This document shows positions 32,000 to 49,382 of a stretch of 64,000 nucleotides of DNA, in pieces (position 1 is the first letter of the stretch; the number at the start of each line of letters is the position of its first letter). A model generated the notes under the pieces. That model made no database searches, was not told the origin of the DNA, and was given only the letters and a program-made list of their open reading frames with translations. Origin of the DNA: the human T2T-CHM13v2.0 reference genome, Homo sapiens; the NCBI RefSeq assembly GCF_009914755.1, contig NC_060930.1; one strand, written 5' to 3'. The translations under genes and the position numbers were made by a program.

Positions 32000-32565
32000 A
32001 AGTTATAAATCACATCATATTTCTCTCTTGTTTCAAATCTTCCACAAAGTTTTCACCATGTTTAGAATAAAATCCCAACTTGTTACCATGACCTGTAAGG
32101 ATCTAGATAATGTGGCCACTGCTTACCTCTGTCATCACTGCGCACCACTCTTTACCTTTATATATATATATGTGCCTTCTTTCTGTTTTTTAAACATGTC
32201 AGGTCTGTTCTTGCCTCCCGGCCTTTATACTCTTTTCCCTCAGATCATCACATTCCTGGATTGTTCTATTCATGAAATTTTGAGCTAAAGTTTCTTCTTG
32301 GGGGAACCTTCCTGACTACCCTGTCTAAATCAGTCCTCTTCTCCCACTACCAGTTAGTTCCTGGCACTTTATTGTGCTGTTTTGTCTTTGTGACACTTAA
32401 TATCCTCTAGAATTACCTTGTGCATTTATTTGGTGACTTTGTTTATTTCCCTTGCCTTGACCTCCCAGAATGTAAGTTCCATGAGAGCAGGGTCTCTATC
32501 CTCAGCCCTTAGACAGTTTCTGGTATGTAGTAGGTACTCAATAAATAAAACGAATCAGTGAATGC
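32000..32565 (+). mobile_element. L2 fragment
   Basis: 'agaatgtaagttccatgagagcaggg...gtagtaggtactcaataaata' L2 3' end. Confidence 0.8.
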
Positions 32566-35500
32566 TTGCTCCATACTTCCTGGGCTACATGGCTATGAAC
32601 TAATTGCTTCCATGGGTTTTAGTTCCTTATCTTTACAATGTGGTTGGCAACTCCTGTTTCACTGGGATTTTGTGAGCATTGAATGGGATTACACAGGTAA
32701 GGTGACTAGAGCGGAGTGGGGAATAGAACAGGCACACAATAACATGAAGGGTTATTATGATATGCCAGTCTCCATGGAATGCCATAGGAACACAGAGATG
32801 ATTCTAACAAAGTCCTTTTCCCAGAAGTGCCCAGTCATTATGTTTAAGCAGACGTTAGAATTGCTGCAGGCCTTGGACACCACACGCCACTTTCCCTGCT
32901 GAACCTCTCCTGGGAGCCAGACTCTCCCAGGGCCTGCCACATCTGGTCGTTGGGTCATGTTCTTAGGCCCGCTTATCCACATTGCCTTGTCTTATTGTGA
33001 ATAAACAACCAAGATGCACTGATAATCCCCGAGATTACAAAACTAACCCAATCCTCTTTTATGGATGAAGCTATTAGACAAGTATTTCTAGGTATAACAC
33101 AGGGTCTTAGTGTCTCTGTATTTTAGCAGAGAATATGACAGACATTTAGATATTATAGATGAATATGAGAATATGCCTTTTTGACATTAATTGCTATTTA
33201 ATTAGATAAACCTGAAAAACTCCCAATGTTTTACAAGTTTAAAAAGCACTCTTAAGATTACAAACAGTAATGAAGATTCATAGGCAGAAGACTGGATCAT
33301 TGAATTATAATTTGATTTGATTATACAGGGGGTGTCTAATTTATTCACTTCTCTACCAGTCTGTTGTCACAGTATCCTGAAAGGTGATGAGCCTCTGAGC
33401 CTAGTATCTCTGTCTTCTAATTATCTGAACATAGTAACAAGGCTACAAAATGATGTATGTAGCATGATACCATTTTGCTGAAAAATATATATTCATGCAT
33501 GGAAGAAAAATAGCAGAAGGACACCAACATGTTAACAGTAGAAATAATATTTCAGCCTTTTTTTCCTTATGTTTTTCGAACTGTGCTGCTGCTTTGACTC
33601 CTTATGACTTTTGTAGGTCGAAAAAAAACTAATACAAATCAACTGCTCACTTTTACAGGATGGGAGAAGGACGACCTGTGAACTTTTCTTGTTAGGAAAG
33701 ACTCGGGGACTGAGGTGACTGTCAGTCTCAGAACAGCCATATCTGAGACGAGGACCAAGGACCAAAGACCAAGTAGCTCTGTCTGAGACAAGGACAACCT
33801 CCAGAACAGGTGGGAAGTAGTTCCCAACGGTGCATCATGACAGGTCTTGGTCCCACCTTTTAAGAGGCTTATTTTGAAGTTAGGGTAAACTAAACTTTGG
33901 CTTAATTTTAAGAATAAATTTGTTATAGGTATAGCTATGGAGAGAATGGCCATTTTGTTAGATTGTACAGTCCATCTTCAGCAGGTTGCCTTTCTCGAAC
34001 AGAGATGCTAAAAAGAGATTTCTATACTGGGTGGAGAGTTGGACAAGATGTTATTTTATATTTTCTTCTAGGCTAGTAGACATCTTTATCAAACCTGCCA
34101 CTCTTTCTACTTTATTACTTATACTATCTCTATGAGATGGATATTATTTTTATTAGTGAAGAAATTGATGCTTAGACGGGTGAAATAATTTGCTGAATAC
34201 TCAAGATCTTGCAAGTTTCTTAGCTGAGATTTGAACTTAGATCTACTTGGCCTCCAAGCCCAAAATGTTCTATGATGTTCTGCTACTTTCCAATCTGTGA
34301 TTCTGTACCCACTTTTTCACTTTCTTTTTCTCTTCTCTTTGTAGATTTCCACATTGCTTTCTTTCTGTTTCCATGACTTAGACAACAATGGCATCTGGTA
34401 ATATCTTTGGCTTTGATTTGGTTCTTGGTATTGATATTTAAGGCAAAGAAATAAGTGGCTGACTTTTGGATAGCAGAACCATTATTTATTATTATTATTA
34501 ATTATTGGCTTTGATGTAGCTGAAGAGATATTGGGTTATAATTTTAAAACTTCCAACGATGAGTGTCTAGAGAAAACAGTCTTAAGTGTTTAAAGATTAT
34601 TCTTTTTTAATACTGAAACTTATAGTATGAGGCTTTCAGTAGAGAAGTAATAGGAGACAAATTGACAACAAATTGAAAATAAAAGCATCCGATTTAGTGC
34701 TGTTCTCATCCTGGGTTCCCCACATTTCTTTTATTTGCAGTGTGTACCTTCTTTCTGTGTGGAACTGCCAATTCTTCTACATGGATTAATCCCAAGGAGT
34801 AGTTTCTCTGCACATTCTCCACCAGACAGTAGCTCTTCATTAGGATGCCTTGATACTCTGATGTGGTGCCACCACATGTAAGTTACACTGACCTCCCTGG
34901 GACTTGCAGAAGCAGGGCCCATTCTGCATATGCTTCAGCCCCACTGTCAAAATCTTTGTAGTTGTGGCTCCCCGCTACATTTGAGTACTGTTGCTGCAGC
35001 AACGAGCTCAAGAAGAGCCTCTGTATGGGAATAGAGCTAAGGAGGATGCTAAGGCTCAGGCGAACTGACCCCTTGACAGCCTAACATGGAGGCTTTTATC
35101 TTTGAATTTAACACATTTGTCAACTTGACAGGGAGCTTGGGCTGCAGATTCCTGCCCTTGTGAGACTCTGAGGCCCGGCAGAAAGAGCCCAGGCATGGGA
35201 GTCAGACTCATGGGAGGGTGTGGGGGTAAATCCTGGCCATGCAACTTCCTGCACTAGGATCTTACTTCCCCTGGCTAGAATTCTATCATCTATAAAATGG
35301 GGTAATAATGACTGTTCACGGGGTTTTAGAGAAAATTAAATGGTTAATTATGCAGAAACAAGGATGTGGAGATAAACAGAGGAATACAAGCAAAACAATG
35401 GGGGAAAAAAACCCAAAAAACAAAAACAAAAACAAAACAAATCATAGCCCTGCTTCACAAATTCTTATGCCTGATTTTTGCCCTAGTCAAATATCTGTGA

Positions 35501-35699
35501 ACTGTCATGGAGATATAGTCTTTGCCTGAGTATTTTGCCAGGCTCAAAAGAGCTATCTTTCAATCTGAGCAGTTTGATAACAATGCCCCCAAAACACTGT
35601 GGGATTACACATGAAAATGAATGCCAAGGAAAATAAATAAAATTGATTAACAAAGAGTAATTGATATTTAATCACAATTTGGGAAACACATTTTTGCCC

Positions 35700-36655
35700 T
35701 TTATTACAGCCATTCTGTCCTTTAAACTATTGTGTTTTGTCAAAAGAACATACACTTGCAGTGCTTGAGAGTGAAAAATAATACATTTTTCGAGCGTTCA
35801 CCATGTCAGTGTCAGAATGGCAATGAAAGTAGTTATTAAAAACCTTAGCTGCACTTTCAAGTAAGAAATAAAGTAAAACATAAATTGCTTTCATGAAATG
35901 AAGCTAGTTACAATGATCAATGGTCAATAATAGTATGTGTTATTTATTCTTCTATGGAGCAAGGGGCAAAGAGGTTTGAAAATGACCGGTTAAATATCAG
36001 TCTATTTTATTTAATAAGTGATAGCTATTTCCTACATTAAACAAAACTCGGTCTACTTATCCAGAGCTCACATTTCAGTCTCAAACTCAGCTTTGGCTGA
36101 ATAATCAGAAGCCATCATTGTGGGCCAAAGCTGGGAGATTTTTGGTAAGGATTCCGTGACATGGTGACACAGAAGACCAAATGGATTTGGTGAAGGCTGG
36201 ATTACTTACACAAAGTCCAAAGATAAATTTAGTTGAAAATTGGTCACAGGTAGCCTTGCTGTCTCAAAGGGCATTTCTGACTAGACAAACAGCGTCTACC
36301 AACATCCCCTCCACTGAAATAAACAGCCGAGTGTTCCCTTGCCACAGGCTGAGTAAATACTAACTAAACCTTCAGCCTGTATGCCAGTCGGAGCAACACT
36401 CCCTATTTTTTAGCAAAATATTTTTCCATTCTGGCCATCCAAGAAAATCTCCAAATCCAATACACTTCAATGGAGTTTTTGGGCTTCTCGATTTTTCTCA
36501 CTATTTATAGCTTTCAGATGTTGGCAGGTACGGGACTACATTTTCTTCAGAATAAAGTTGTAAACGGCAGCAGTGCTGTTTCATCATATACCACACAGTA
36601 TTGAGTCGGTATTAAAACAATCCCTCTTCTTTACGAATGTCAACACTGACAAAGG
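35700..36655 (-). other. Candidate distal alternative terminal exon
   Basis: Acceptor ggcatttattttgttttctag|CC at 36655, phase-1 xFVSVDIRKEEGLF-TAA (stop 36612-36614); AATAAA (minus) at 36006, 35943 and 35700. Confidence 0.35.
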
Positions 36656-36939
36656 CTAGAAAACAAAATAAATGCCTCACCAATATTGTATCAGTGGCCA
36701 TATTTACATTGTGCAGAGTTTTGTGGAGTGAGGACGTGGGAATGGGATCCTGAGGAAAAGCCCAGTCTGTTCTGGGGTAACGTCTGTTCAGGTAATAGCA
36801 TTTGTGAGGCTGAAGTACAAAAGTCCAGGAGGCCAGATCTGACCCTTCTGTGAAACTAAGGCTGTGCAGGGCATAAAGGGAATGTAACAGTGCCTCCAGG
36901 CATATAGTATTTAATACATTACCAACTGCTTGCAAACAC

Positions 36940-37130
36940 GACACCTTACTGGTCCTTAGAACAACCCTGGGCAATAGAAGGGGTAATTATTCACCCCGCT
37001 TTATGGATGAGGAAACTCAGTTTCAGAGAGATGACTTAACCGGGGTTACCTGGCTAGAATGTGGCAGAGCCAGAACTGGAGGCCCAATCTTCTGATGGCT
37101 AATCTTGCTTTTCTTTCCCAACTCACACTG
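36940..37130 (-). mobile_element. MIR
   Basis: 'cccgctttatggatgaggaaactcagtttcagagag...ggcagagccagaact'. Confidence 0.75.
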
Positions 37131-37796
37131 CTCCTCCAAGAATTCAGCCCACAGAGCTTTCCCAGGCTCAGTGGAGAGACAGTCTGTTCACATGTAAAGG
37201 CCAGTGAATAAAGAGAAAGAGACAGTAAAGGGGTGGGTTAGAGAATAAAACCCAGTATTCCAGTTGCTAGAAAATGATTATATTGGGCAGGTCAGGAAGT
37301 GATAGTCAGGCACATCTGAAGTGTGGAAAAGTTGAATTTAAATCGCCAGTTTTGTCACTAACCAGCTAGGCGACCTTCCGTGTCCTCATCTGTAGAGCTT
37401 TAAGGACTCCCCGGGGATTGTGGTAAAATCACCACAATAAAGCCCTTCTGGGGTCACTTGAGAGACAACCTTTAAGATCTTGCCCTAGGCCACCTGTGGC
37501 AGGATTCGTCAAGGAGGCATGATGTAAACTAAGGAACTATAGCAACAGAGAGGGAAAGGAGAAGGGAAATATGGACAGGGAAATAGTTGAGTCCAGTTAT
37601 GGTGGCAAGGGTGGGTGTGCTGCTTATATGGGATAGTAAGGAGACATTTGATGGATAGGTGACACAAAAACAAAATATGTGCGAAGTTCAACCATTACCA
37701 AGTCAGTTTTATCCATGGAGTTAATCAGTCTGGACATTTCAGGTCAAAATTTACTCCTTTATCCTTTAACCAATTATCAAGATAGTTATCCTAAGT

Positions 37797-37975
37797 CTTC
37801 CTTCTTTCCCTCTCCCCTTCCTCCCTCCCTCCTTCCTTCCTTCTACCTACCTTCTTTCATCCTTTCTTCCTTTCTGCCTCTCTCCCTTCCTTCCTTTCTC
37901 CCTCCCTTCCCTCCTGCCTTTCCCTTCCTCTCTCCTTTTCTTCCCTCTTTCCTCCCTCTGTCCCTCCCTTCTACT
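37797..37975. repeat. CT-rich low-complexity (TTCC/TCCC)n tract
   Basis: About 180 bp of near-pure pyrimidine. Confidence 0.9.
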
Positions 37976-38574
37976 TTGCCTGCTTGTAGACACAGACTTC
38001 TCTGGAGTATGTTTCAGGAGGGGTGGATTTGTTTGTCTAGGGCAGGGCTGTCAAATACAGGTCATGCATGCTGCCACGCCCCTGCCATGACAGACAATGC
38101 TAATCAATCACTGCTCTCTGGGCACGATCTCAGGATTCATTTCAAGGTGCATGGGTTGCTTAGAGTTGGCTCAAGTGACGAGAGCTGTTTGCCAACATAA
38201 ATCTAGGACACAAATGGATCAAATATGGCTTTCCATTTTAAAAAAGGTTAAAGTATACTAGAAAATATACTTCCTTTAACCTTTTAAAACATTCCACCCC
38301 CACCCCCCACTGTTTTAGTCTCAGCAAGAGCCTCAAGCAAAAATAGACAAATGTTATTTGAAGTCATCATCTAGTGAAGCGAGAGTCTAGCAAAGATTTT
38401 TTAGAAGCCTGAATATGTTTCATGAATGAATATCACCTTTTGAATATTTTGTCATACAAATTGACTTCTGGACATTTTGATGTTTGCCTCATGCAAATTT
38501 GAATTTTCCTAGTGCTAAAATTTGGTTTCTCTGCTTTAATGCAAATACATTATATGTGTACATAGACGTGGAAA

Positions 38575-38800
38575 TTATGAGCTTAGTTTCTGAAGCCTAT
38601 GTTGGAACCCCAGCTCTGTCTGTTTCTAGCTGAGTGCCCTTGAACAAGTTAATGTTACCTTTCTGAGCTTCAATTTTCTCATACTGAAAAAAGTAGTAAT
38701 CATCATTTTTATCTCACAAGCTTATGGTGAAGAGTAAATGAGATAATTCATGTATAACATTCAGCATGGTATCCTGCACATAGTAATACTCCACAAATGT
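38575..38800 (+). mobile_element. MIR
   Basis: 'ccttgaacaagttaatgttacctttctgagcttcaattttctcat...agtaaatgagataat'. Confidence 0.8.
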
Positions 38801-39493
38801 AAGTTTGTGTGTGTTACATGTAACTACTACTGTCTATCCAGGGTGAATTAAGGACTTTGATGCTTATTGAATTGTTTGTCTAAATGTTGCATTTCTTTGC
38901 TTTTGTGGGTTTAAGTCAGAGTTTTAATGCTACTTGAATTCTGTTGTGTGGTTCTATCATGATTTTTTTGTGTGTTTAAACTCCAAGAAAAATGTCCTCT
39001 TTTTTGGTAGCTGATATATTTAAACCACTAGTGCTGGAAGAAAAATAATCTGTCATTGAAGTAGATCAGAGTTGACATGACAGACTGTGCACTCTATCTT
39101 AAACATTCATAACATGCATAATATGGTCCCTATGGAATGAAATAACTCCTTTAGAGTCTTCGCAGTCCCTTGTATCATGGGTCTCCTAGAGTGAAGCCAT
39201 TATAATTCTAAAGCAGCTATGCCTGTTTGGGGAATAAAACATCAAGGAAAAAAAGGCATTTCACATACCAAACAACTGACATTTATATATTGTTTAGATG
39301 TGTGTACATACATGTGCACAAAAGTATGTGGATGGTGCACATAGGTGTGTGGTATTTTGAACTCTGGTGTTTGATATATTATTGCTTACTGGCTAGAAGT
39401 AATTTCTTCAGAATCCGCAACACTTGAAATCCTGATTTTATTATCTTATTGGTCATGTGATTTTGAACAAGCTCCCTGCTAAATCTTAGGTAA

Positions 39494-39865
<372 letters not shown>

Positions 39866-40467
39866 TCATGTGAGATAATACTTATAAAATGTATAGCAAA
39901 ATATTTGGCACATTTCAATCTCTCCAATAATAGAGCTATTAATAATAATAAATAAGTAAAACAAGTAATTAAAATAATGTCTATGGCAAGGCAAACTGGT
40001 TTTCAGCTTCATTATTCAATGTCCTGCTTTGATTTTTATTTTATAGAATAATCATTTGCTAGCTTAAGTAATACATCATTCCTTAATTATAACTGTCAAG
40101 TGAAGACTTCACTAATCTATGCCTCTTCTGAGAAATATAAGCACTTGAGCAAATAACTAATATCCTGACCCTGAGTTTCCTAATCTAAGAGGAAAGTCTA
40201 TCTCAGTGACTGCATTCTGTCATAGCCATTCCTATTGAAAGGATGAAGTGAAATAATGGATTTTACAGGTCTGTATAAGGCACCACCAACTGGCCATACA
40301 ATTGGAGAAAGGATATAAAATTGTACATACTTATGAAATACTCAAATATTATTAGGCAGTGTCTAAAGAAGACCAGAGCATTAGAATAAACAAATAATCA
40401 GTCCAAGAGCAAGTGGAGATTACTACATTTTCAAAGTATTCTTTTCAATGGAAAGAGTTGACTTGTG

Positions 40468-40961
40468 CAGTGCATGCACTGCATAATGACATTTTGGTCA
40501 CTAAGTCTGAATATATGACAGTGGTCTCATAAGATTATAATACTGTATTTTTACTGTACCATTTTATGTTTACATATGTTTAGATACACAAGTATTTCCA
40601 TTATGTTACAGTTGCCTACAGGATTCAGTATTCAGTACCGTGACATGCCTTATAGGTTTGCAGCCTTGGAGCAATAGGCTATACCATATACTTACTTGTG
40701 TAGTAGGCAATAGGCTATACCATATACTTACCTGTGTAGTAGGCAATAGGCTATACCATATACTTACTTGTGTAGTAGGCAATAGGCTATACCATGTACT
40801 TACTTGTGTAGTAGGCAATAGGCTATACCATATACTTACTTGTGTAGTAGGCTATACCATCTAGGTTTGTGTAAGTACACTCTGATGTTTGCACAATGAT
40901 GAAATTGCCTAATGATGCATTTTTTAGAATGCATCCCTGTCATTAACTGGCACATGTCTGT
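40468..40961 (+). mobile_element. Tigger3a/MER7A-type DNA transposon fossil
   Basis: 'cagtgcatgcactgcataatgacattttggtca...cataagattataatactgtattttt...cacatgtctgta', degenerate inverted termini. Confidence 0.85.
40671..40850. repeat. 36-bp minisatellite, 5 copies (gcaataggctataccatatacttacttgtgtagtag)
   Basis: Units start at 40671, 40707, 40743, 40779 and 40815; only two substitutions overall. Confidence 0.97.
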
Positions 40962-41681
40962 ATTTGTTTTTAATAAGAAATTACAGCACATGGTAAATTT
41001 TGCCTTTAACATTTTTGTGGAAATAAATGGCATTCCCAAAAAGCCTCTTGGGCTTGTAACTGTGCTGTATTTCCATGTTAGCTACATCAAGATAATAGCA
41101 TTTGATCAACACAGTCTACTTGGACTGACCAGATACTACTGGGTCTCTGTTGGTCACACTACTGTGGATATGAGACAACAAACAGGTTTTGCCAGATGTT
41201 CCAGCTTCTCTGCTGTCAAAACCTAGAGTTGAAGTGCAGACGAGGTATATTTCAACCTTCTTCATACTCCAGTAGAGAAGGAGCCACTATTATTTACCCA
41301 ATTTTTCGAAGGTAAACATTAAATGAATTTAACAATTTAACTTTAAGAAAAGTGAATTTGAAATCGGGAGACAAATCTACCATTTACTTCCATGTATTTT
41401 TTTCTGACATCTGTAAAACAAGTCTAATGATATCCACTTCACAAGACTCTTATAAAACATCAAAAAATTTTCCTGAGAAATTCCTTTGTACATAACAAAA
41501 TACTATAACTATGTAAATTAGTAAGATATTATCCTAGTCTTTTTAAATTCTCACTGAGGTTGTATTTAGTTTGTGGTGTTTGGAAATTAACTTGAATCAT
41601 TAACTCACCCAGGTTAAAATTTGGCCTCTGGAGCAAAACAACTCTATATTTGCACTCAATTATATCAAAAAACAAACGTTA

Positions 41682-43853
<2,172 letters not shown>

Positions 43854-44185
43854 GTTCAGGGTATTTCCTATTATTTGAAGGTTACTGAGGCTACAACCTT
43901 GTGGGTTTCTAGATAAAAAATTTTCTCATCTTTTTTTTGACATGGGAAAATACAAGTGGGATCATGGCAAAACATGAAAATAGGAAGAGGAGCGTGGTGT
44001 ATAAGACACTGGTTGAGAGCAAGAGGTATATAGTCAGATAGACCCAAATTTTAATATAACCTCTGTTACTCACTAAACTCATTATTGTTTATAGATTAAA
44101 TTAGGTAATACTTCTTAAAGACCTTATCAAATCTGTGCTAAGATGATACCATCCTACACATATTGGAAATACATGAAAAAATATT

Positions 44186-45241
<1,056 letters not shown>

Positions 45242-45377
45242 TATACATAGTTTCATAGAAGTACACAATTTAATACTAATCATTTACTCACTGTACAGGT
45301 TTACTCACTGTAAGTATGGCTTAGTGATTTCTAGGAATTTTATAAACTGTACAACCATAACAAAAATTCAGTTTCTT

Positions 45378-45692
<315 letters not shown>

Positions 45693-46131
45693 TAAAGTAC
45701 TTCTATCATCAAAAAATTATTAATATCTTGGTCCCTTTTGTAGTCAATCACCACTCCAAAATTAAGCTTCAAGCAACCAATATCTGCTTTCTGTCTCTAT
45801 AGTTTTGTCTTTTTCAAAAATTTTATATAAGATAAATCTCACACTATATATTTTTTGTGCATGGCTTCTTTCACTTGGTGTAATGTTTTTTAAGTTTATT
45901 CATATTGTAGATATATCAAAAGTTTATTCATTTTTATTGCTGTATAGTATTTCATTGTATAGATATACCATATTTTATCTGTTCACCAAATGATGAACAT
46001 TTGTATTATTTCCAGTTTTTGTCTATTATTAATAGTGCCACTATGAATGTTCACAGGTAAGTATTTGTATGGACATATGCCTTCTACTCTCTTGGATAGG
46101 TATCTAGGAGTAAAATTGCTAGATTATATGG

Positions 46132-46883
46132 TGACAGTTTATTTTCGGTTGCTATAACAGATATCTGAGATTGGGTGATTTCTCAAAAAAACAAGAGATT
46201 TATTTTGGCTAATGTTTATGAAGCTGGGAAACCCAAAATTGGGTGGCCACATCTGGTCAGGTTTAGATGAGGGCCTTGTGCTGCATCCAAACATGATGGA
46301 GAAGAGGAAGGATAAGTGGGCACATGTAAATGGGAAAAAACACTAGGGGGAGATGAACTTTATAATAACCTGCTTTTGTGGTTACTAATTCTGTCCCTCA
46401 AATTCACTCAGTCCCTTGAGAATTAACCTAGTCCTGTGACAGTAGCGTTAATCCTTCTTCTTCTTCTTCTTTTTTTTTTTTTTTTTTTGAGATGGAGTCT
46501 CACTCTGTTGCCAGGCTGGAGTGCAGTGGCATGATCTAGGCTTACTGCAACCTCTGACTTCCTGGTTCAAGTGATTCTCCTGCCTCAGCCTCCAGAGTAG
46601 CTGGGATTATAGGCATGCACTACCACGCCGGGCTAATTTTTGTATTTTTAGTAAAGACGGGGTTTCATCATATTGACCAGGATGGTCTCAATCTCCTGAC
46701 CTTGTGATCCACCGGCCTCGACCTCCCAAAGTGCTGGCATTACAGGCATGAGCCACTGTGCCCAGCCGTATTAACCTTCTTAATGACCTAATCACCTCTT
46801 AAAGACCCCACCTCCCAGCACTACCACACTGGGGACCAAATTTCCGACACATGAATTCTGGGCAACACACTTAAATCATAGCA
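46132..46883 (-). mobile_element. MST/MLT1A-type MaLR LTR interrupted by an Alu
   Basis: 'ttgctataacaga...gatttattttggct...taatcacctcttaaagaccccacctccc...aaatcatagca'; 5-bp TSD tatgg. Confidence 0.85.
46460..46768 (-). mobile_element. Alu (AluSc-like) inside the LTR
   Basis: Alu; TSD approximately ttaa(t)ccttctt. Confidence 0.93.
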
Positions 46884-49112
46884 TATGGTAAGTGTGATTA
46901 ACTATTTAAGAAACTATCAAACTATTTTCTGAAGCATCTATGCCATTTACATTCCTATCAAAAATCTATGAGGGTTTCTGTTTTTCCACATCCTCATCAA
47001 TGCTTGGTATTATCAGTCTGTTGGATTATAGCCATTTCAGTAGATGTGCAGTGTATTTCATTGTGGTTTTAATTTGCATTTCTCTAATGACTAATGATGT
47101 TGAGCATTTTTTCATGAGCTAATTAGTCACTTGAATGTCTTTGTTAAAATATCTACTTAAATCTTAAACTATTTTTTCTCTTTGTATTATTGAGTTGGAA
47201 GAGTTCTTTATGTTTCCTGTATATATACAACTCTTTTATAAGACATATAATTTGCAAATAATCAAGTCATATATCTGTGGCTTGTCTTTTTATTTTCTTA
47301 ATGATGTCTTTTGAAAAATAAGTTTTAGTTGTTGATGTCATCGTTTATGATGTTTTTCTTTTATGGATCATGCTTTTGGTATCATGTCTAAGAAGTCTTT
47401 GCCTAACAAGATCACAAAGATTATAGTGTCAGCTCTTACATTTTTAGTTAACTTTTGTCTAAGATTTACATTTACATTTTTAAAACATATGAACATCCAA
47501 CTGTTTCAACACCACTTGTTGGAAAGACTACACTTTATTCATTGAATTATCTTGGTATCTTTGTTGAAAATCAATTAATCATAGAAGTAAGAGTTTATTT
47601 TTGATTGTCTATTTAGATTCATTGATTGATATATCTATTCATAGACCAATACCACACTATCTTGATTATTGTAGCTTTATGGAAAGTTTTAAAATCAGTT
47701 AGTGTAAGTCTTCCAACTTCATTATTTTTAGAAATTGATTTGGTTAGTGTAGGTCCTTTGGATCGCCATGTAATTCTTAGGATAAACTTGTCAATTTCTT
47801 TAATAAACTGGCAGGGCTCTCAGCCGTTTTCTTTTTCTCCTATGCTTTTAATAATTTCATTAAATGAATGCTGTTATGCTCAATATTACCAACCAGTCTC
47901 TGAGGCTTTATTCATTTTTCTCTTTATTCTTTAGAATAAATATCTATTACTTGATCTTCAAGCTTATTGATTCTTTTTCTGTCATCTTCAATCTGCTGTT
48001 GAGCCTATCTTCGGCATTTTTCATTTTGGTTATTTCATTATCAATTCTAGAATTTCTAAAATTCCTCTTTTTAAAATAGTACACATTTTTCTACTGAGAT
48101 TCCCTTTTAGTTGAGCCATTGTTGTGATATTTTATCTTAATTCATTGAACATGAATTAAACTCAAATTTTGTGCCCCTCAGAGTTAGTCTCTGTTGACCA
48201 CTTTTTTCCCCATGTATGGGTCACATATTTTTTGATTGTCTAGTAATTTTTGGTTGAAAATTGGACATTTTATAGACTGTGATAGATAATACACCAACTC
48301 AGAGTTCTGATTTTTCTGCTTTTTTCCTTTTGTACCTTGCCTGGATTTAAAATACAAAATGTCTCCCCAAATGGGGAGCTGCTGATATCTCTAGTTAGAT
48401 TTTTATTCTTATTTTTGCTTTTTAAAAATATATGTTTTTTATCCTAAATTACTAGACTAGGGGTCATCTCTGTATCTGTATACTTAGGGGTCAGCCAATG
48501 ATTTGGGTAAAGGTTGTACTCAAACACCCCCAATCCATGAGGGTTTTATCTTCTAGCAATCAATATGCATGTGGTTTGGGGATCACATTCAAAATCAGCT
48601 TGTTCTCGAGTCATTTTTGGTTTTAACTTCTAACTAGGCTCTCTCAGGTTTCCCCTGTGCATACCTGTAGTTTCTCAGCCAAACATGAGGAGTTAGAACA
48701 TTTCCATAGCCTTTAAATGGTGCTCTCTTTTCCAGGATCTCCCCATATAAATAACTGTCTGTGCACTTCTTGCCCCAAATAGGACCATTATCTCAAACTA
48801 GTAAAGTTGTGGGCTTTTCTTGTTTTCCTTTATAATATTTGCTAAAGCCCTGACTTTTTTTTTTTTTTTTTTTCCAGCCTCCCAAAGCAAGTCTCTTCCC
48901 TCTGGCAGCAGAGAAGCGGATTTTCTGCTCAACCTGCTTTGATCACCAAATGAGTCAGGGAGAAGAACATGGATGGAAATATCCTCAGTCAAGAACTTCA
49001 CAAGCACCAGTTGCTTTAACCAGGGGCTCTAGAAATTTTCTAGAATAAATGCTTCTCAATTTGTAGTCTGCTTTTTGGTCACTTCACAGATCATTGGTAT
49101 GGTTACTTGTGA

Positions 49113-49382
<270 letters not shown>

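Noticed and set aside
37679-38200. 173-aa ORF
   Set aside because: Product of the CT-rich low-complexity tract.
40640-40864. CRISPR-like 36-bp repeats, and a repeat ORF (NRLYHILTCVVG)n
   Set aside because: Units are contiguous with no spacers, the DNA is eukaryotic and inside Tigger3a; the ORF exists only because 36 is a multiple of 3.
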